Origin: an uncultured Candidatus Saccharimonas sp.
Lineage (GTDB): Bacteria > Patescibacteriota > Saccharimonadia > Saccharimonadales > AWTP1-31
NCBI GenBank assembly: GCA_943354005.1
Contig: CALRBE010000001.1
Location: 64,147 to 128,146, forward strand
DNA: 64,000 bases
Direction: 5' to 3'
Under the pieces are notes generated by a model. The model worked only from the letters and a program-made list of their open reading frames with translations, searched no databases and was not told the DNA's origin. Positions 26,654 to 36,658 of the stretch are shown here, piece by piece (within the stretch, counting starts at the first letter, position 1; the number at the start of each line of letters is the position of its first letter). Made by a program: the position numbers and the translations under genes.

Positions 26654-27778
26654 TTAAAAGAATCTCTTTACATCAACGATTGTAATAATAACGAAGAGAA
26701 GCATTAAGACCGCAAAGCCAGACCCGTGAATCTTTTCTTCCATATCTTTAGTAAGTGGCTTTTTCATTACTCTAAATAGTAATGTTACGAAAAGTCTGCC
26801 TCCGTCAAGCGCAGGAATTGGAAGCGCGTTCATAATCGCAAGGGTTAGCGATATAATTGCAATAATCATAAGAATAAATTCGAACCCAAGCAAGCTGCCA
26901 TCTTTTAAGATCACAAATATACCTACAGGGCCAGAAACCTGTTTTGTTGCTTCACTGCCGTTACCTCTAAACAAATTAGCAACTAGTCCTCCAAGACCTT
27001 TCAATGTAGCTTCAGTAAATTGCTTAATGAGCCCAGCAGCAACAATAGGCGCAGACCAAGTTGAACGCTGTATTGTGTATTCTTGCGGCGAAATGCCCAA
27101 GTATCCTTTTGGATTGTCGGTATTTTTGCTTGCTTCAACTTCAGAGACTGTACGTAGCTTAGCCGGCACTTGCTGCTGTGTTCCATTGCGGACAATAGTG
27201 ATGCTTACATCCTTACCTGCGAACTTTTTCGTAACTTCTGGTAACTGTTCAGCATTAGCAATTTTTTGGACATCATTCGCAGCAGCTATTTCGACAACCC
27301 TATCCTGAAGCTGAAGACCAGCTTTTCCGGCTGGAGAATCTTCACTTACATTTCCGATTAGTACATCGTTTCGAATGACTTTCGTATCACTGGCAACCGT
27401 GTATTGCCCTTCTAGTATCTTCGGTATGCCGATGAGCGCGAGAAATGTAAGTAATATGAATGCAGTCAATAAATTCATACCAACTCCGGCAAGCATAATT
27501 TTAACTTTAGTCTTTAGTGGTGCAGCTCCAAAACTTCCCTTGGATGTGGCAGAATCATTTTCACCCTTTAATTTTACAAAGCCTCCTAGAGGAAGCCAAT
27601 TTATAGATAAAAGTAGGCCACTCTTAAGTTTTTTTGACCAGGCCATGGGAGGAAAACCAATTCCAAATTCTTCTACTTCAACTCCTCCTCGGCGAGCTGC
27701 TATAAAATGACCCCATTCATGGACTACAACGAGACTTACGAAAAGCAGTAAACCAATGACGAGTAAGAAAATTGCCAT
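26654..27778 (-). CDS. rseP: RIP metalloprotease RseP (site-2 protease, M50)
   Basis: 374 aa. HExxH (HEWGHF), central PDZ domain and NALPIPALDGG motif. Confidence 0.9.
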   Translation of the reverse strand: MAIFLLVIGLLLFVSLVVVHEWGHFIAARRGGVEVEEFGIGFPPMAWSKKLKSGLLLSINWLPLGGFVKLKGENDSATSKGSFGAAPLKTKVKIMLAGVGMNLLTAFILLTFLALIGIPKILEGQYTVASDTKVIRNDVLIGNVSEDSPAGKAGLQLQDRVVEIAAANDVQKIANAEQLPEVTKKFAGKDVSITIVRNGTQQQVPAKLRTVSEVEASKNTDNPKGYLGISPQEYTIQRSTWSAPIVAAGLIKQFTEATLKGLGGLVANLFRGNGSEATKQVSGPVGIFVILKDGSLLGFEFILMIIAIISLTLAIMNALPIPALDGGRLFVTLLFRVMKKPLTKDMEEKIHGSGFAVLMLLFVIITIVDVKRFF

Positions 27779-28479
27779 TAGGTTCCGAACCTTCTCTGAC
27801 GAATACTGTAAGCCTCTATTGCCTCGTCAAACATAGCTTCAGTGAATGCAGGCCAATGAGCCTCAGTAAAATATAATTCACTATAAGCTGCTCTCCAAAG
27901 CATAAAATTACTTAATCGCTGCTCGCCACTTGTCCGAATTAGAAGATCTATATCTGGAACCGATGGTTCATAGATATTGTTCGAGATATCATCAACCGTA
28001 ATTGTATCGGCTGTAGGGTTAGCGCGTAAGAACTTCGTCGCGGCGCTTGCGATTTCCTGTTTACCACCATAATTGAGGCATAGAAGTAGTGTTCCTGCTG
28101 TATTATTCTTAGTTTTTTCTTCGGCATCACGCATAGCTTTAAGTACATTAGGGCTTAGTTTTTCTTCTTCTCCCAGGAAACGAACACGAATATTTTGCTT
28201 ATTAAAGGAATCGACTTCATTTTTAGCTACCCATAGAAGTAACTTCATGAGGTAGTCAACTTCTTGCTGACTTCTTCCCCAGTTTTCGGTTGAAAATACA
28301 AAAGCAGATATAAAAGATGCGCCTTTTTTGAATGCGTATGTCGCCACTGTTTTCAAGGTTTCGTAGCCAGCCCTGTGTCCTTCAAGTTTTGGCAGATTTT
28401 TGGCCGCAGCCCAGCGCCGATTGCCATCAAGAATGATGCCAATATGTTGAGGAACTTTCGTTGAGGAAGCTGTTGTCAT
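27778..28479 (-). CDS. uppS: undecaprenyl diphosphate synthase
   Basis: 233 aa. Motifs ILDGNRRWA and RTSGEQRLSNFMLWR. Confidence 0.93.
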   Translation of the reverse strand: MTTASSTKVPQHIGIILDGNRRWAAAKNLPKLEGHRAGYETLKTVATYAFKKGASFISAFVFSTENWGRSQQEVDYLMKLLLWVAKNEVDSFNKQNIRVRFLGEEEKLSPNVLKAMRDAEEKTKNNTAGTLLLCLNYGGKQEIASAATKFLRANPTADTITVDDISNNIYEPSVPDIDLLIRTSGEQRLSNFMLWRAAYSELYFTEAHWPAFTEAMFDEAIEAYSIRQRRFGT

Positions 28480-28516
28480 TTGATCTATTATACTCGAATT
28501 GATATCTAATGCCGAA

Positions 28517-29080
28517 CTAGACGGTCATTATTTCTTGTTCTTTAGATTTTGCCATTTGATCTGCTGCTGCTCTGACTTTGTTCATAGCTTCATCGATCTG
28601 TGCAGCAAAACGTTTCGCGTCATCTTCTCCAATTTCTTTATCTTTTTTAGATTTATCAATAGCATCAAGTGCATCATGACGAATATTACGCATCGTTATC
28701 ATGCATTCTTCAAGTTTAGCTCCTACTTGCTTGCTGATATCACGACGTCGCTCTTCAGTTAGTGCTGGAATTGGAACACGAACAACTCGTCCATCGTCTG
28801 AAGGATTAAGCCCCAAAGATTGATTATCGCGGATTGCACTACTAATAGCTTGGATATTAGTAGGATCAAAAGGAGTTATTTGTAGTAGTTGAGCCTCTGG
28901 TGCAGAAACGTTTGCTACTTGGTTAAGAGGTGTTGGCGTACCATATGCTACTACGGTTACACTATCAAGCATGCTGGCTGTCGCACGACCAGTACGAAGC
29001 TTTGAAAGCTCACTTTTTAAGTGCTCTGATGCATTATTAAACTTTGTCTTTGCCTGTTCTACAGCTTGTTGAGGACTCAC
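28517..29080 (-). CDS. frr: ribosome recycling factor
   Basis: 187 aa with typical Frr sequence (LSKLRTGRATASMLD ... PIPALTEERRRD). Confidence 0.95.
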   Translation of the reverse strand: MSPQQAVEQAKTKFNNASEHLKSELSKLRTGRATASMLDSVTVVAYGTPTPLNQVANVSAPEAQLLQITPFDPTNIQAISSAIRDNQSLGLNPSDDGRVVRVPIPALTEERRRDISKQVGAKLEECMITMRNIRHDALDAIDKSKKDKEIGEDDAKRFAAQIDEAMNKVRAAADQMAKSKEQEIMTV

Positions 29081-29142
29081 ATATACTCCTTATTATTCTC
29101 TTCTAGTATAACACTTATGTGCACTTGTATTTTATTATACAA

Positions 29143-29177
29143 AACCACTCCGACCCCTAGAGGAAGAAGTGGTTATG
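29143..29177 (-). terminator. candidate terminator after tsf
   Basis: Minus strand: aaccact ... agtggtt stem enclosing a small inner stem, followed by ttttgt. Confidence 0.45.
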
Positions 29178-29196
29178 CGATTATTTTTTTATTTTA

Positions 29197-29793
29197 TTAG
29201 CTGACTTCGCCAAGTGCGATACGACTAAACCGTCGCACCACAATGTTCTCACCCATACGTGCGTTCGCATCTTTGACTAAACCACCTACGGTTAGGTCTG
29301 GATTCTTCACAAATGGCTGATCAAGTAAACATCGTTCTGCAAAATACTTTTTAAGCATGCCTTCGGCAATATTATCAAGCATTTTTTCTGGCTTGCCTTC
29401 TGCTTTTGCTTTTTCGCTAAATTCAGCTTTTTTCTCATTTCGAATGGCTTCTGGTACTTGTTCACTTGAAACATATTCAGGTGAAGCTGCTGCGATATGC
29501 ATTGCTAAATCCTTTACGAGATCAGCAAAATCATCAGTGCGAGCTACAAAATCAGTTTCACAGTTTACTTCTACGAGCACACCAATTCTTCCGTCGTGGT
29601 TGTAGGTGCCAATACTTCCGGCACGAGCTTCACGCTCACCGCGCTTTTCAGCTTTAGTAAGACCCTTTTTGCGCATTGCTTCAAGAGCCTTATCGAAATT
29701 ACCATCGGCTTCTTCAAGAGCTTTCTTTGCGTCAGTTAAACCAACTCCAGTAAGGCTCTTTAGTCGCTTAATATCTTCGATAGAAACTTTCAT
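29197..29793 (-). CDS. tsf: translation elongation factor Ts (short form)
   Basis: 198 aa. N-terminal UBA-like domain (LKSLTGVGLTDAKKALEEADGNFDKALEAMRKKG) and VEVNCETDFVA. Confidence 0.93.
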   Translation of the reverse strand: MKVSIEDIKRLKSLTGVGLTDAKKALEEADGNFDKALEAMRKKGLTKAEKRGEREARAGSIGTYNHDGRIGVLVEVNCETDFVARTDDFADLVKDLAMHIAAASPEYVSSEQVPEAIRNEKKAEFSEKAKAEGKPEKMLDNIAEGMLKKYFAERCLLDQPFVKNPDLTVGGLVKDANARMGENIVVRRFSRIALGEVS

Positions 29794-30525
29794 TTATGCT
29801 TCCCCTTCTTTTTTATCTTCACTCTTAGTACTTTTTTGCTTTGCTTTTCCTTCGTTAATAGCAGCTGTGATGTAATCAAGAATTAATTGGATAGTTTTAA
29901 TTGCATCGTCATTTGCCGGAATTGGAAAGTTTATATCGGTTGGATCTGCATTCGTATCAGCAATTGCGATTGTCTTAAGGCCAAGTTTCTTTGCTTCACG
30001 TAGTGCATTAGTTTCATTAATAACATCAACAACAAATACGGCACCAGGTCGTAGTGCAAGATCTTTGATTCCGCCGTAGAGAATGTTCATCTGTTCAATT
30101 TCTTCTTGGAATCGTTGTACTTCAAGCTTGTTGTACTTTGCGGCAAATGTACCGTTTTCCATGTTTGCTTCAAGATCCTTTAGGTGCTTTACTCGTTCAC
30201 CAATTGTTTTCTTGTTGGTAAGCATACCGCCAAGCCATCGTTCAGTAACGTAAGGCATCTGTACATCAACAGCAGCCTTCTTTACGATGTCCTTAGCTTG
30301 TCGTTTTGTACCAACAAATAGAATTTGCTTTCCTTCTGCGACAGTTTTTGTAATAAATGGCAACACTTCTTCAAGAGCCTCAACAGTTTTTGTGAGGTCA
30401 ATAATGTGTGTACCGTCTCGCTTACTATGAATGTAAGGAGCCATTTTTGGGTGCCATCGACTGGTTTTGTGACCAAAATGAGCGCCCGCCTGTAATAGAG
30501 CTTTGATGTCTACGTCTGTAGCCAT
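29794..30525 (-). CDS. rpsB: 30S ribosomal protein S2
   Basis: 243 aa. Motifs LLQAGAHFGHKTSRWHPKM and LFVGTKRQA. Confidence 0.97.
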   Translation of the reverse strand: MATDVDIKALLQAGAHFGHKTSRWHPKMAPYIHSKRDGTHIIDLTKTVEALEEVLPFITKTVAEGKQILFVGTKRQAKDIVKKAAVDVQMPYVTERWLGGMLTNKKTIGERVKHLKDLEANMENGTFAAKYNKLEVQRFQEEIEQMNILYGGIKDLALRPGAVFVVDVINETNALREAKKLGLKTIAIADTNADPTDINFPIPANDDAIKTIQLILDYITAAINEGKAKQKSTKSEDKKEGEA

Positions 30526-30631
30526 TTGATAAAATCCTTTCTCTTCGGAAGATCGATTACCTGATTACTGACCTACACGGTGCAGTACAGGAGGATTGTA
30601 TTCGATCACCTGCTTAATTATTTACTCTGTT

Positions 30632-30660
30632 ATTGTACCAGCTTACGGAGATATAAGCAA
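30632..30660 (-). promoter_or_regulatory. rpsB promoter (TTGCTT-17-TACAAT) preceding a structured ~100-nt leader
   Basis: Minus strand: -35 at 30655-30660 and -10 at 30632-30637, with a 17-nt spacer. Confidence 0.55.
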
Positions 30661-30700
30661 GAACATGGCTATGAATTAGTCACCTCTTAAAATATTACCA

Positions 30701-30729
30701 TTGACCAGAGGCCAACAGATGTGTATAAT
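30701..30729 (+). promoter_or_regulatory. rpmE promoter (TTGACC-17-TATAAT with extended TGTG)
   Basis: -35 ttgacc at 30701-30706 and -10 tataat at 30724-30729, preceded by tgtg. The ATG lies 12 nt after the -10. Confidence 0.7.
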
Positions 30730-30741
30730 TTGGCTTTGATT

Positions 30742-31071
30742 ATGAAGAAAGAATTACACCCAAAGAACTACCGGCTCGTGGTCTTCAAAGACCTTAATAA
30801 CGACGTCTTATTTTTGACAAAATCTACTGTCGCATCAAAGGAAACTATTAAGTGGGAAGATGGCAATGAATACCCACTAGTTACTGTGCATATCAGTAGC
30901 GCTTCTCATCCCTTCTTTACTGGTCAAGAGAAGATGATTGACATCGAAGGTCGAGTCGATCGCTTTAAGGCCCGTCAAGATGCTGCAGCTAAGCGCAAAG
31001 ATGCGACTCTTAGCAAAGCTAAGAAGGTTCGTGTTCGAAAAACTGCAGATATTGTCGAAGAATCTAAATAA
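30742..31071 (+). CDS. rpmE: 50S ribosomal protein L31, type B (Cys-less) with Lys-rich C-terminal extension
   Basis: Starts MKKELHPK; contains HPFFTG and has no CxxC. The track ORF begins at a GTG at 30721, which lies inside the promoter. Confidence 0.9.
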   Translation: MKKELHPKNYRLVVFKDLNNDVLFLTKSTVASKETIKWEDGNEYPLVTVHISSASHPFFTGQEKMIDIEGRVDRFKARQDAAAKRKDATLSKAKKVRVRKTADIVEESK

Positions 31072-31086
31072 CGACTCCCTCATATA

Positions 31087-31122
31087 AAAGATCAGAATTC
31101 TCGGATTCTGATCTTTTATTTT
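31087..31122 (+). terminator. rho-independent terminator after rpmE
   Basis: 12-bp stem aaagatcagaat / attctgatcttt with loop tctcgg, followed by tatttta. Confidence 0.75.
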
Positions 31123-31138
31123 ATACTTAAGGAATACT

Positions 31139-32200
31139 ATGGATACCAAAGAACAAAGTCTACGCCAAGAATACACGGAACTTCAGAAACAGCTCGAAGA
31201 TCCAGCTATTTTTAGTACCAAGAAATATCCAAAGCTTGCGAAGCGATCAAATGAACTTGAAAAGATTATTGATCTTTATGAGAATAAGAAGCAGCTTAAA
31301 AATAATTTCGAAGAAGCTACCGTACTTTCAAGGGATGATGATCCTGAAATATCAGAAATGGCTAAAGAAGAACTTAAAAGCATTGAGGAAACATTACAAA
31401 AGACTAACGCTACCCTTGCTGAGTTATTGACACCAAAAGACCCTAACGATGAACGTGATGCTATTGTCGAAATTCGTGGCGCTGCAGGCGGAGATGAAGC
31501 GAGTCTATTTGCCGGTGATCTGTATCGTATGTACACACGTTGGAGCGAAAATAGAAATTTTAAAGTTGAATTAATAAGCGAAAGTCCCAGCGAAGTTGGT
31601 GGCTTTAAAGAAGTAGTTTTCGCAGTGCGAGGCATTGATGTCTATAAATACTTGAAGTTTGAGGCTGGAGTCCACCGAGTACAACGTGTACCAAGCACTG
31701 AATCTCAAGGACGTATTCATACGAGTACTGTCACAGTCTCTGTATTACCTGAAGCTGAAGAGACTGATATCGAGATAAACCCTGGTGATTTGCGTATAGA
31801 CGTGTACCGCAGCAGTGGTCATGGTGGACAGAGCGTCAACACGACTGACTCTGCAGTACGAATTAATCATATTCCTTCAGGTCTAGTTGTTACTTGCCAG
31901 GATGAAAAATCTCAGATCAAGAATAAAGATAAGGCTATGGGAGTTCTAAGATCTCGCCTACTTCAAATTAAAATTGATGAAGAACAGAAACAACTTTCAG
32001 ACGCACGAAAAAAACTTATAGGCTCAGGTGACCGTAGCGAAAAAATCCGAACTTATAACTTTCCTCAAGATCGTATTACCGATCACCGCATAGGTTTTAG
32101 TCGGAGCAATATCCCTGCCGCTTTAAACGGCGACATTGATGATCTTTGCGATGCTCTTCAGACATATGAGCAAGACCTGATTCATGATGAAAATAAATAA
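31139..32200 (+). CDS. prfA: peptide chain release factor 1
   Basis: 353 aa. PxT tripeptide (RVPSTES) and GGQ ([10 protein letters not shown]). Confidence 0.95.
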   Translation: MDTKEQSLRQEYTELQKQLEDPAIFSTKKYPKLAKRSNELEKIIDLYENKKQLKNNFEEATVLSRDDDPEISEMAKEELKSIEETLQKTNATLAELLTPKDPNDERDAIVEIRGAAGGDEASLFAGDLYRMYTRWSENRNFKVELISESPSEVGGFKEVVFAVRGIDVYKYLKFEAGVHRVQRVPSTESQGRIHTSTVTVSVLPEAEETDIEINPGDLRIDVYRSSGHGGQSVNTTDSAVRINHIPSGLVVTCQDEKSQIKNKDKAMGVLRSRLLQIKIDEEQKQLSDARKKLIGSGDRSEKIRTYNFPQDRITDHRIGFSRSNIPAALNGDIDDLCDALQTYEQDLIHDENK

Positions 32201-32996
32201 TTGGCTTCAAGCAAGTAAGTCCCGGCTTGAAGAATCTGGAAATACGTCTTCTCGTCTTGATTGTCTTATCCTACTAGAAATGATACTAAAAAAAGATAGG
32301 AGCATGATTCTTGCACATCTTGACGATGAACTCACCCAAGACCAGCAAGCAGAATTGAACATCCTGCTCACTCGTCGCCTACAACATGAACCAATCGCGT
32401 ATATTCGGGGATACTCTGAATTTTATGGACGAAATTTCTTTGTATCCCCTGCTGTACTCGTTCCAAGACCAGAAAGTGAAACTATTATTACAATATTAAA
32501 GACCCTACACTTACCTAAAAACCCAAATATTGCGGATGTCGGCACAGGTTCTGGAGCCCTAGCAGTATCTGCAAGCATCGAGCTACCACTTGCAACCGTT
32601 GATGCATACGATATTAGCGAGGGTGCACTACATATTGCCCGTAAAAATGCCGCTAAAATAGGAGTTGTCGTTCATTTTACAAAGCAAGATCTACTTTCTA
32701 GACCTCTCGCCGTGTATGACGTAGTTATTGCAAACTTACCATATGTGTCCACAGAACAAACAATATCGCCTGACACGAAGCATGAGCCAGTCATAGCCCT
32801 ATTTTCGGACGATGACGGGCTGGCACATATCAAAAGATTGTTTACTCAATTAAATGATAAAGTCGTTGCTAAGAATGGATATTTACTGATTGAAGCTGAG
32901 CCTAGGCAGCATGAACGAATAATCAGTGAAGGATTAAGCCATGGTTTTAAACTTACTAAAACAGAAGGCTTTATCCTTTTATTTCAGAAGCCGTAG
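32184..32996 (+). CDS. prmC: release factor glutamine N5-methyltransferase PrmC/HemK
   Basis: 270 aa. SAM motif DVGTGSGA and NPPY-type motif IANLPYV. Overlaps the prfA end. Confidence 0.88.
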   Translation: MMKINNWLQASKSRLEESGNTSSRLDCLILLEMILKKDRSMILAHLDDELTQDQQAELNILLTRRLQHEPIAYIRGYSEFYGRNFFVSPAVLVPRPESETIITILKTLHLPKNPNIADVGTGSGALAVSASIELPLATVDAYDISEGALHIARKNAAKIGVVVHFTKQDLLSRPLAVYDVVIANLPYVSTEQTISPDTKHEPVIALFSDDDGLAHIKRLFTQLNDKVVAKNGYLLIEAEPRQHERIISEGLSHGFKLTKTEGFILLFQKP

Positions 32997-32997
32997 T

Positions 32998-33744
32998 CTA
33001 AAGTTTTCCGCTCCAATCAGAGAACGTTAAGACGATAATTATAATTGCAATCATGATAAATATTATCTGACGACGGAGCAAGACCGATACTCTATCGGTC
33101 TTTTCAAGGAAATACATACCGCCCAGACCTGAACCCAGTACAGATAGCAAGAGCGCTGGCTGAGCTACAGGACCATAGAATAATAGCCAGTGGCAGCTAA
33201 TCCATACAAGTGCAGCACTGAAATACGCCCACACGCCTCCAAGATAGCGAGACATCCCTTCTTCGAAAATTGCAAAAAAATGTCGAGCACAGTTATAGGT
33301 GATTATCCAAGCACCAATAACAAGTACATAAATGGGCGCATCACCCCATGCTATAAATAAAGCCACCAGGCCAAGAGCCTGGCTTATTAAAGCCTGCGCG
33401 GATACTCCAATGATCGAATCGAGTGGCTTAATTACAAGAAGCCAGAATCCATAGATGACAGCCCATACTAGCTGTACCATTTGCGATCCACTACTAGCCA
33501 TACAAATAAGAACAGCGATTCCAAATATGATGTCTACAGCATTGACTCGAATGTTCGCCGCCCAGTGTCTAGGCTTAACAGCAAACATTCGCCACTTACT
33601 TAATAGAATGATGGCTACAGCAATTTGTACAAAGTTTAGACGTACTGCCACAAAAACAATTGCAGGTAATAGACAAGTTAAAACGATATGTATGAAGTGT
33701 GAAAAGCCTGCTGCAGGCTTAATTTTTGCTGTTATTTGTCTCAT
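32998..33744 (-). CDS. polytopic membrane protein of unknown function
   Basis: 248 aa with about 7-8 hydrophobic helices. No motif I can name. Confidence 0.55.
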   Translation of the reverse strand: MRQITAKIKPAAGFSHFIHIVLTCLLPAIVFVAVRLNFVQIAVAIILLSKWRMFAVKPRHWAANIRVNAVDIIFGIAVLICMASSGSQMVQLVWAVIYGFWLLVIKPLDSIIGVSAQALISQALGLVALFIAWGDAPIYVLVIGAWIITYNCARHFFAIFEEGMSRYLGGVWAYFSAALVWISCHWLLFYGPVAQPALLLSVLGSGLGGMYFLEKTDRVSVLLRRQIIFIMIAIIIIVLTFSDWSGKL

Positions 33745-33845
33745 ATTGTTCTTCTAGTATATCAAATATCTTGTATTCGTTATACAGTTCGTAAAATCTA
33801 CTAATAGAGTGCATGTTCCACTGAAATACTCTATAGTTAAGAGGT

Positions 33846-34541
33846 ATGGATAATGAACAAAAAGATCAAAAAATAAATACCGTTCAAGCGGCACCGCCAG
33901 TTCCTTCAGAACAGACCGTTAGTGGCATTAGCTTGGTCATGGAACAACCCGATGATCAGGAAGACGAGGAAGAAACGCAAAAAAATAATGTAAAAAGCAT
34001 TCTTTCAACGATCGCTATACTTATAATTGCGCCCCTCGTAGCAGTACTCTTAACACTATTCGTATTTCAATCATATGAAGTAGATGGACCAAGCATGGAA
34101 ACTACACTACAAAATCGTGACCGTCTCATTGTTAACAAATTACCCAAGACGATTTCCAAGATTACACGTCGTCAGTATCTACCAAAACGTGCCGATATTA
34201 TCATCTTTAACCTCGATGAAGGTTTACAAGGAAAACGTCAACTTATTAAACGTGTCATGGCACTACCTGGTGAAAGAATTACAGTTAAAGATAACAAGGT
34301 GACGGTGTATAACGAGGAAAACCCGCAAGGCTTTAACCCGGATAGTGCACCCTATGGCAGCGTCATTACCTCTACACCTGGTGATATTGATCTTGTTGTC
34401 CCCGAAGGGTCTATTTTCGTATGCGGAGATAATAGACCCAATAGTCTAGACTCACGAGCATTTGGCCCGGTATCACTTGATGAAGTTGTCGGAAAACTAT
34501 CACTTCGATTATACCCTTTTAATAAGAGTCAGAGTTTCTAG
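33846..34541 (+). CDS. lepB: signal peptidase I
   Basis: 231 aa. Acidic N-terminal tail, one TM, Ser box GPSMETTL, Lys box KRVMALPGE, and GDNRPNSLDSR. Confidence 0.9.
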   Translation: MDNEQKDQKINTVQAAPPVPSEQTVSGISLVMEQPDDQEDEEETQKNNVKSILSTIAILIIAPLVAVLLTLFVFQSYEVDGPSMETTLQNRDRLIVNKLPKTISKITRRQYLPKRADIIIFNLDEGLQGKRQLIKRVMALPGERITVKDNKVTVYNEENPQGFNPDSAPYGSVITSTPGDIDLVVPEGSIFVCGDNRPNSLDSRAFGPVSLDEVVGKLSLRLYPFNKSQSF

Positions 34542-34544
34542 ATA

Positions 34545-35405
34545 CTATTGTTTCTTAGAAATAAAATTTACAATTCGTTTCAGCTCAGTGTCGTTCTTAA
34601 ATCCGATTTCTAGCTTACCGCCCTTGGCGGTACGCTTAAGTGATACTTTGGTCTTAAGAATTTTAGTGAGCTTTTCAGTCTGAGGCGAAACTGTTGCAAC
34701 CTTCTTGATCGCCGATGCTGAAGTTGAAGTACCTTTTTTATGGGCCACAACATATCTCTCTGCCTGTCGTACTGACCATTCGTTCTTGATTATCAGCTGG
34801 AGTAGTACTAGCTGGTCTTTTTCATCTTTAAGCGCCAGGATAGTACGTGCGTGCCCTTCTGTGATCTTTTTATCACCAAGGGCTTCTATTGCTTGTTTTG
34901 GTAGCTGGAGTAGCCGAGCTGTATTCTGTACTGTTACTGCAGCCTTACCTAAGCGACTACCGATCGTTATATAATCGAGACTAAATTGATCGTGTAGATA
35001 CTGGATTGATGCAGCCTGTTCCAGCGGGGAGAGATTAACACGCTGGACGTTCTCTACGAGAGCTAATTCTAATCTTTCAAGCTGCTTAGACGATCGGCTA
35101 ACGGCCGGTACAGTCTTTAAGCCTGCTATTTTTGCGGCTCTCCATCGGCGCTCACCAGCAATAATGTAATACTTGTCATTATTTGGTGTCACAACAAGAG
35201 GTTGCAGAATGCCGTGTTGCTTTATAGAGTCCGCTAGCTCTTGGAGTGCTTTCTCATCAAAGTGCAAGCGAGGTTGTTCAGGGTTGGGTTCGAGCAATGA
35301 AATATCGATTTTCTTTATGCGCTCGTCTTCTGAAGCTAAAATTGATGAATCAAAGTTCTTTGGTATAAGCGAATCGAATCCTCGACCTAATTTATTATTT
35401 TGCAC
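34545..35405 (-). CDS. parB: chromosome partitioning protein ParB
   Basis: 286 aa. Motifs GRGFDSLIP and the arginine patch IIAGERRWRAAK, plus an HTH. Confidence 0.92.
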   Translation of the reverse strand: MQNNKLGRGFDSLIPKNFDSSILASEDERIKKIDISLLEPNPEQPRLHFDEKALQELADSIKQHGILQPLVVTPNNDKYYIIAGERRWRAAKIAGLKTVPAVSRSSKQLERLELALVENVQRVNLSPLEQAASIQYLHDQFSLDYITIGSRLGKAAVTVQNTARLLQLPKQAIEALGDKKITEGHARTILALKDEKDQLVLLQLIIKNEWSVRQAERYVVAHKKGTSTSASAIKKVATVSPQTEKLTKILKTKVSLKRTAKGGKLEIGFKNDTELKRIVNFISKKQ

Positions 35406-36153
35406 GTTCTTCGATCTCCTTTGCTAGACTCTTGTAACTACGAGCTCCTTTAGACCACTTATCATGTTCCAGAATTGATTTACCGAAACTTGGAGCCTCT
35501 GCGAGCCTGACATTACGCGGAATAACTGTATTAAATAACTTTTGTCCGAAGTGTTTCTTCACTTCAGCCATAACTTGCTCCGACAATGACGTCCGACTGT
35601 CATACATAGTCATAACGATACCAAGAAGTTCTAGGTTAGTGTTTAAACCTTGTCGTACTCTCTGGATTACGTCTAGTAATTGACCTAGTCCCTCAAGCGC
35701 GTAATATTCCGCCTGTACTGGAACAAGTACAAGGTTAGCCGCCGTTAAAGCGTTCAGACTTAGTAGACCAAGGGATGGTGGGCAATCGATAAGAATATAA
35801 TCATAAGAGATAGTGTCGAGTGACTCTTTAAGGCGGAATTCTCTTCGTTCTTCAATTGCTAGGTCAACTTCTGCAGCTGCCAATTGTGAATTAGTCGGTA
35901 AAATATGTAGCCCAGCAAGTGAGGTATCTTTAATGATATGTGCGACGTTGACAGTACCAAACAAGACATCATATGTGGTGTTCTCTAGAGATTGTTTATC
36001 AATACCTAGACCACTCGTAGCATTACCTTGGGGATCAAGGTCAACGATAAGAATTGAGTGGCCAAGCTTTGCCAAATAGGCAGCAACATTAATTGTTGTT
36101 GTTGTCTTACCTACTCCACCCTTTTGGTTTAATATTGCGATCGTTTTAGACAT
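35395..36153 (-). CDS. parA: chromosome partitioning ATPase ParA/Soj
   Basis: 252 aa with the deviant Walker A NQKGGVGKTT. Confidence 0.93.
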   Translation of the reverse strand: MSKTIAILNQKGGVGKTTTTINVAAYLAKLGHSILIVDLDPQGNATSGLGIDKQSLENTTYDVLFGTVNVAHIIKDTSLAGLHILPTNSQLAAAEVDLAIEERREFRLKESLDTISYDYILIDCPPSLGLLSLNALTAANLVLVPVQAEYYALEGLGQLLDVIQRVRQGLNTNLELLGIVMTMYDSRTSLSEQVMAEVKKHFGQKLFNTVIPRNVRLAEAPSFGKSILEHDKWSKGARSYKSLAKEIEERAK

Positions 36154-36216
36154 TTTTCTCTCTGGTTATGGTTACTACTAGACTACCATAACAGCGGTGG
36201 TTATACCACCTTTCAG

Positions 36217-36253
36217 GCAAAAAAATAGAGGAGTCCATAAAGACTCCTCTATT
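36217..36253 (-). terminator. rho-independent terminator after rplU
   Basis: Minus-strand 12-bp stem aatagaggagtc / gactcctctatt followed by a T7 run. Confidence 0.8.
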
Positions 36254-36275
36254 GAATTATTACTACAATATTATC

Positions 36276-36581
36276 TTATGAAATCTTTGTAATTTTAATT
36301 ACAGACTTATGTTGGCGGTGACCGTGTATTTTATGAACACGCTTCTTTGCCTTATAACGGATAGCAAGCACTTTATCTCCAAGAATTTCCTTCTCGATAA
36401 CTTCTGCTGTGACTGTACTGTCCTTAACTTCAGGTGTACCAACGTTGACTTTGTCTCCGTCAATAACTAGGAGTGGCGTAAAGTTTACTTTTGATTCATC
36501 GCCCAATAGCTCAACTTCAAGAGTGAGTCCTTCTGTTACGATGTATTGTTTACCGCCTGTAGCGATTACTGCTTTTTTCAT
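36276..36581 (-). CDS. rplU: 50S ribosomal protein L21
   Basis: 101 aa. Typical L21 N-terminus (AVIATGGKQYIV) and HGHRQ. Confidence 0.95.
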   Translation of the reverse strand: MKKAVIATGGKQYIVTEGLTLEVELLGDESKVNFTPLLVIDGDKVNVGTPEVKDSTVTAEVIEKEILGDKVLAIRYKAKKRVHKIHGHRQHKSVIKITKIS

Positions 36582-36658
36582 TTATAGTATCTCTTTCGAA
36601 AAATGTTACAGATTAGATCATACCAAATTATTCCACCTCTGTAAAGGGGTTATGGAAC

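Noticed and set aside
26048-26707. 219-aa plus-strand ORF, together with similar long antisense ORFs (45411-45926, 55831-56466, 54225-54683, 13121-13480, 11540-11908)
   Set aside because: Each is fully antisense to a well-supported gene (CPBP protease, ftsA, rpsA, infB, nuclease/serS, hpf). Their composition is low-complexity and Ser/Pro/Cys-rich, typical of shadow ORFs.
30721-30741. GTG-initiated 7-codon extension of rpmE in the ORF track
   Set aside because: The GTG is part of the extended -10 element (TGTGTATAAT). L31 proteins start with MKKxxHP, matching the ATG at 30742.
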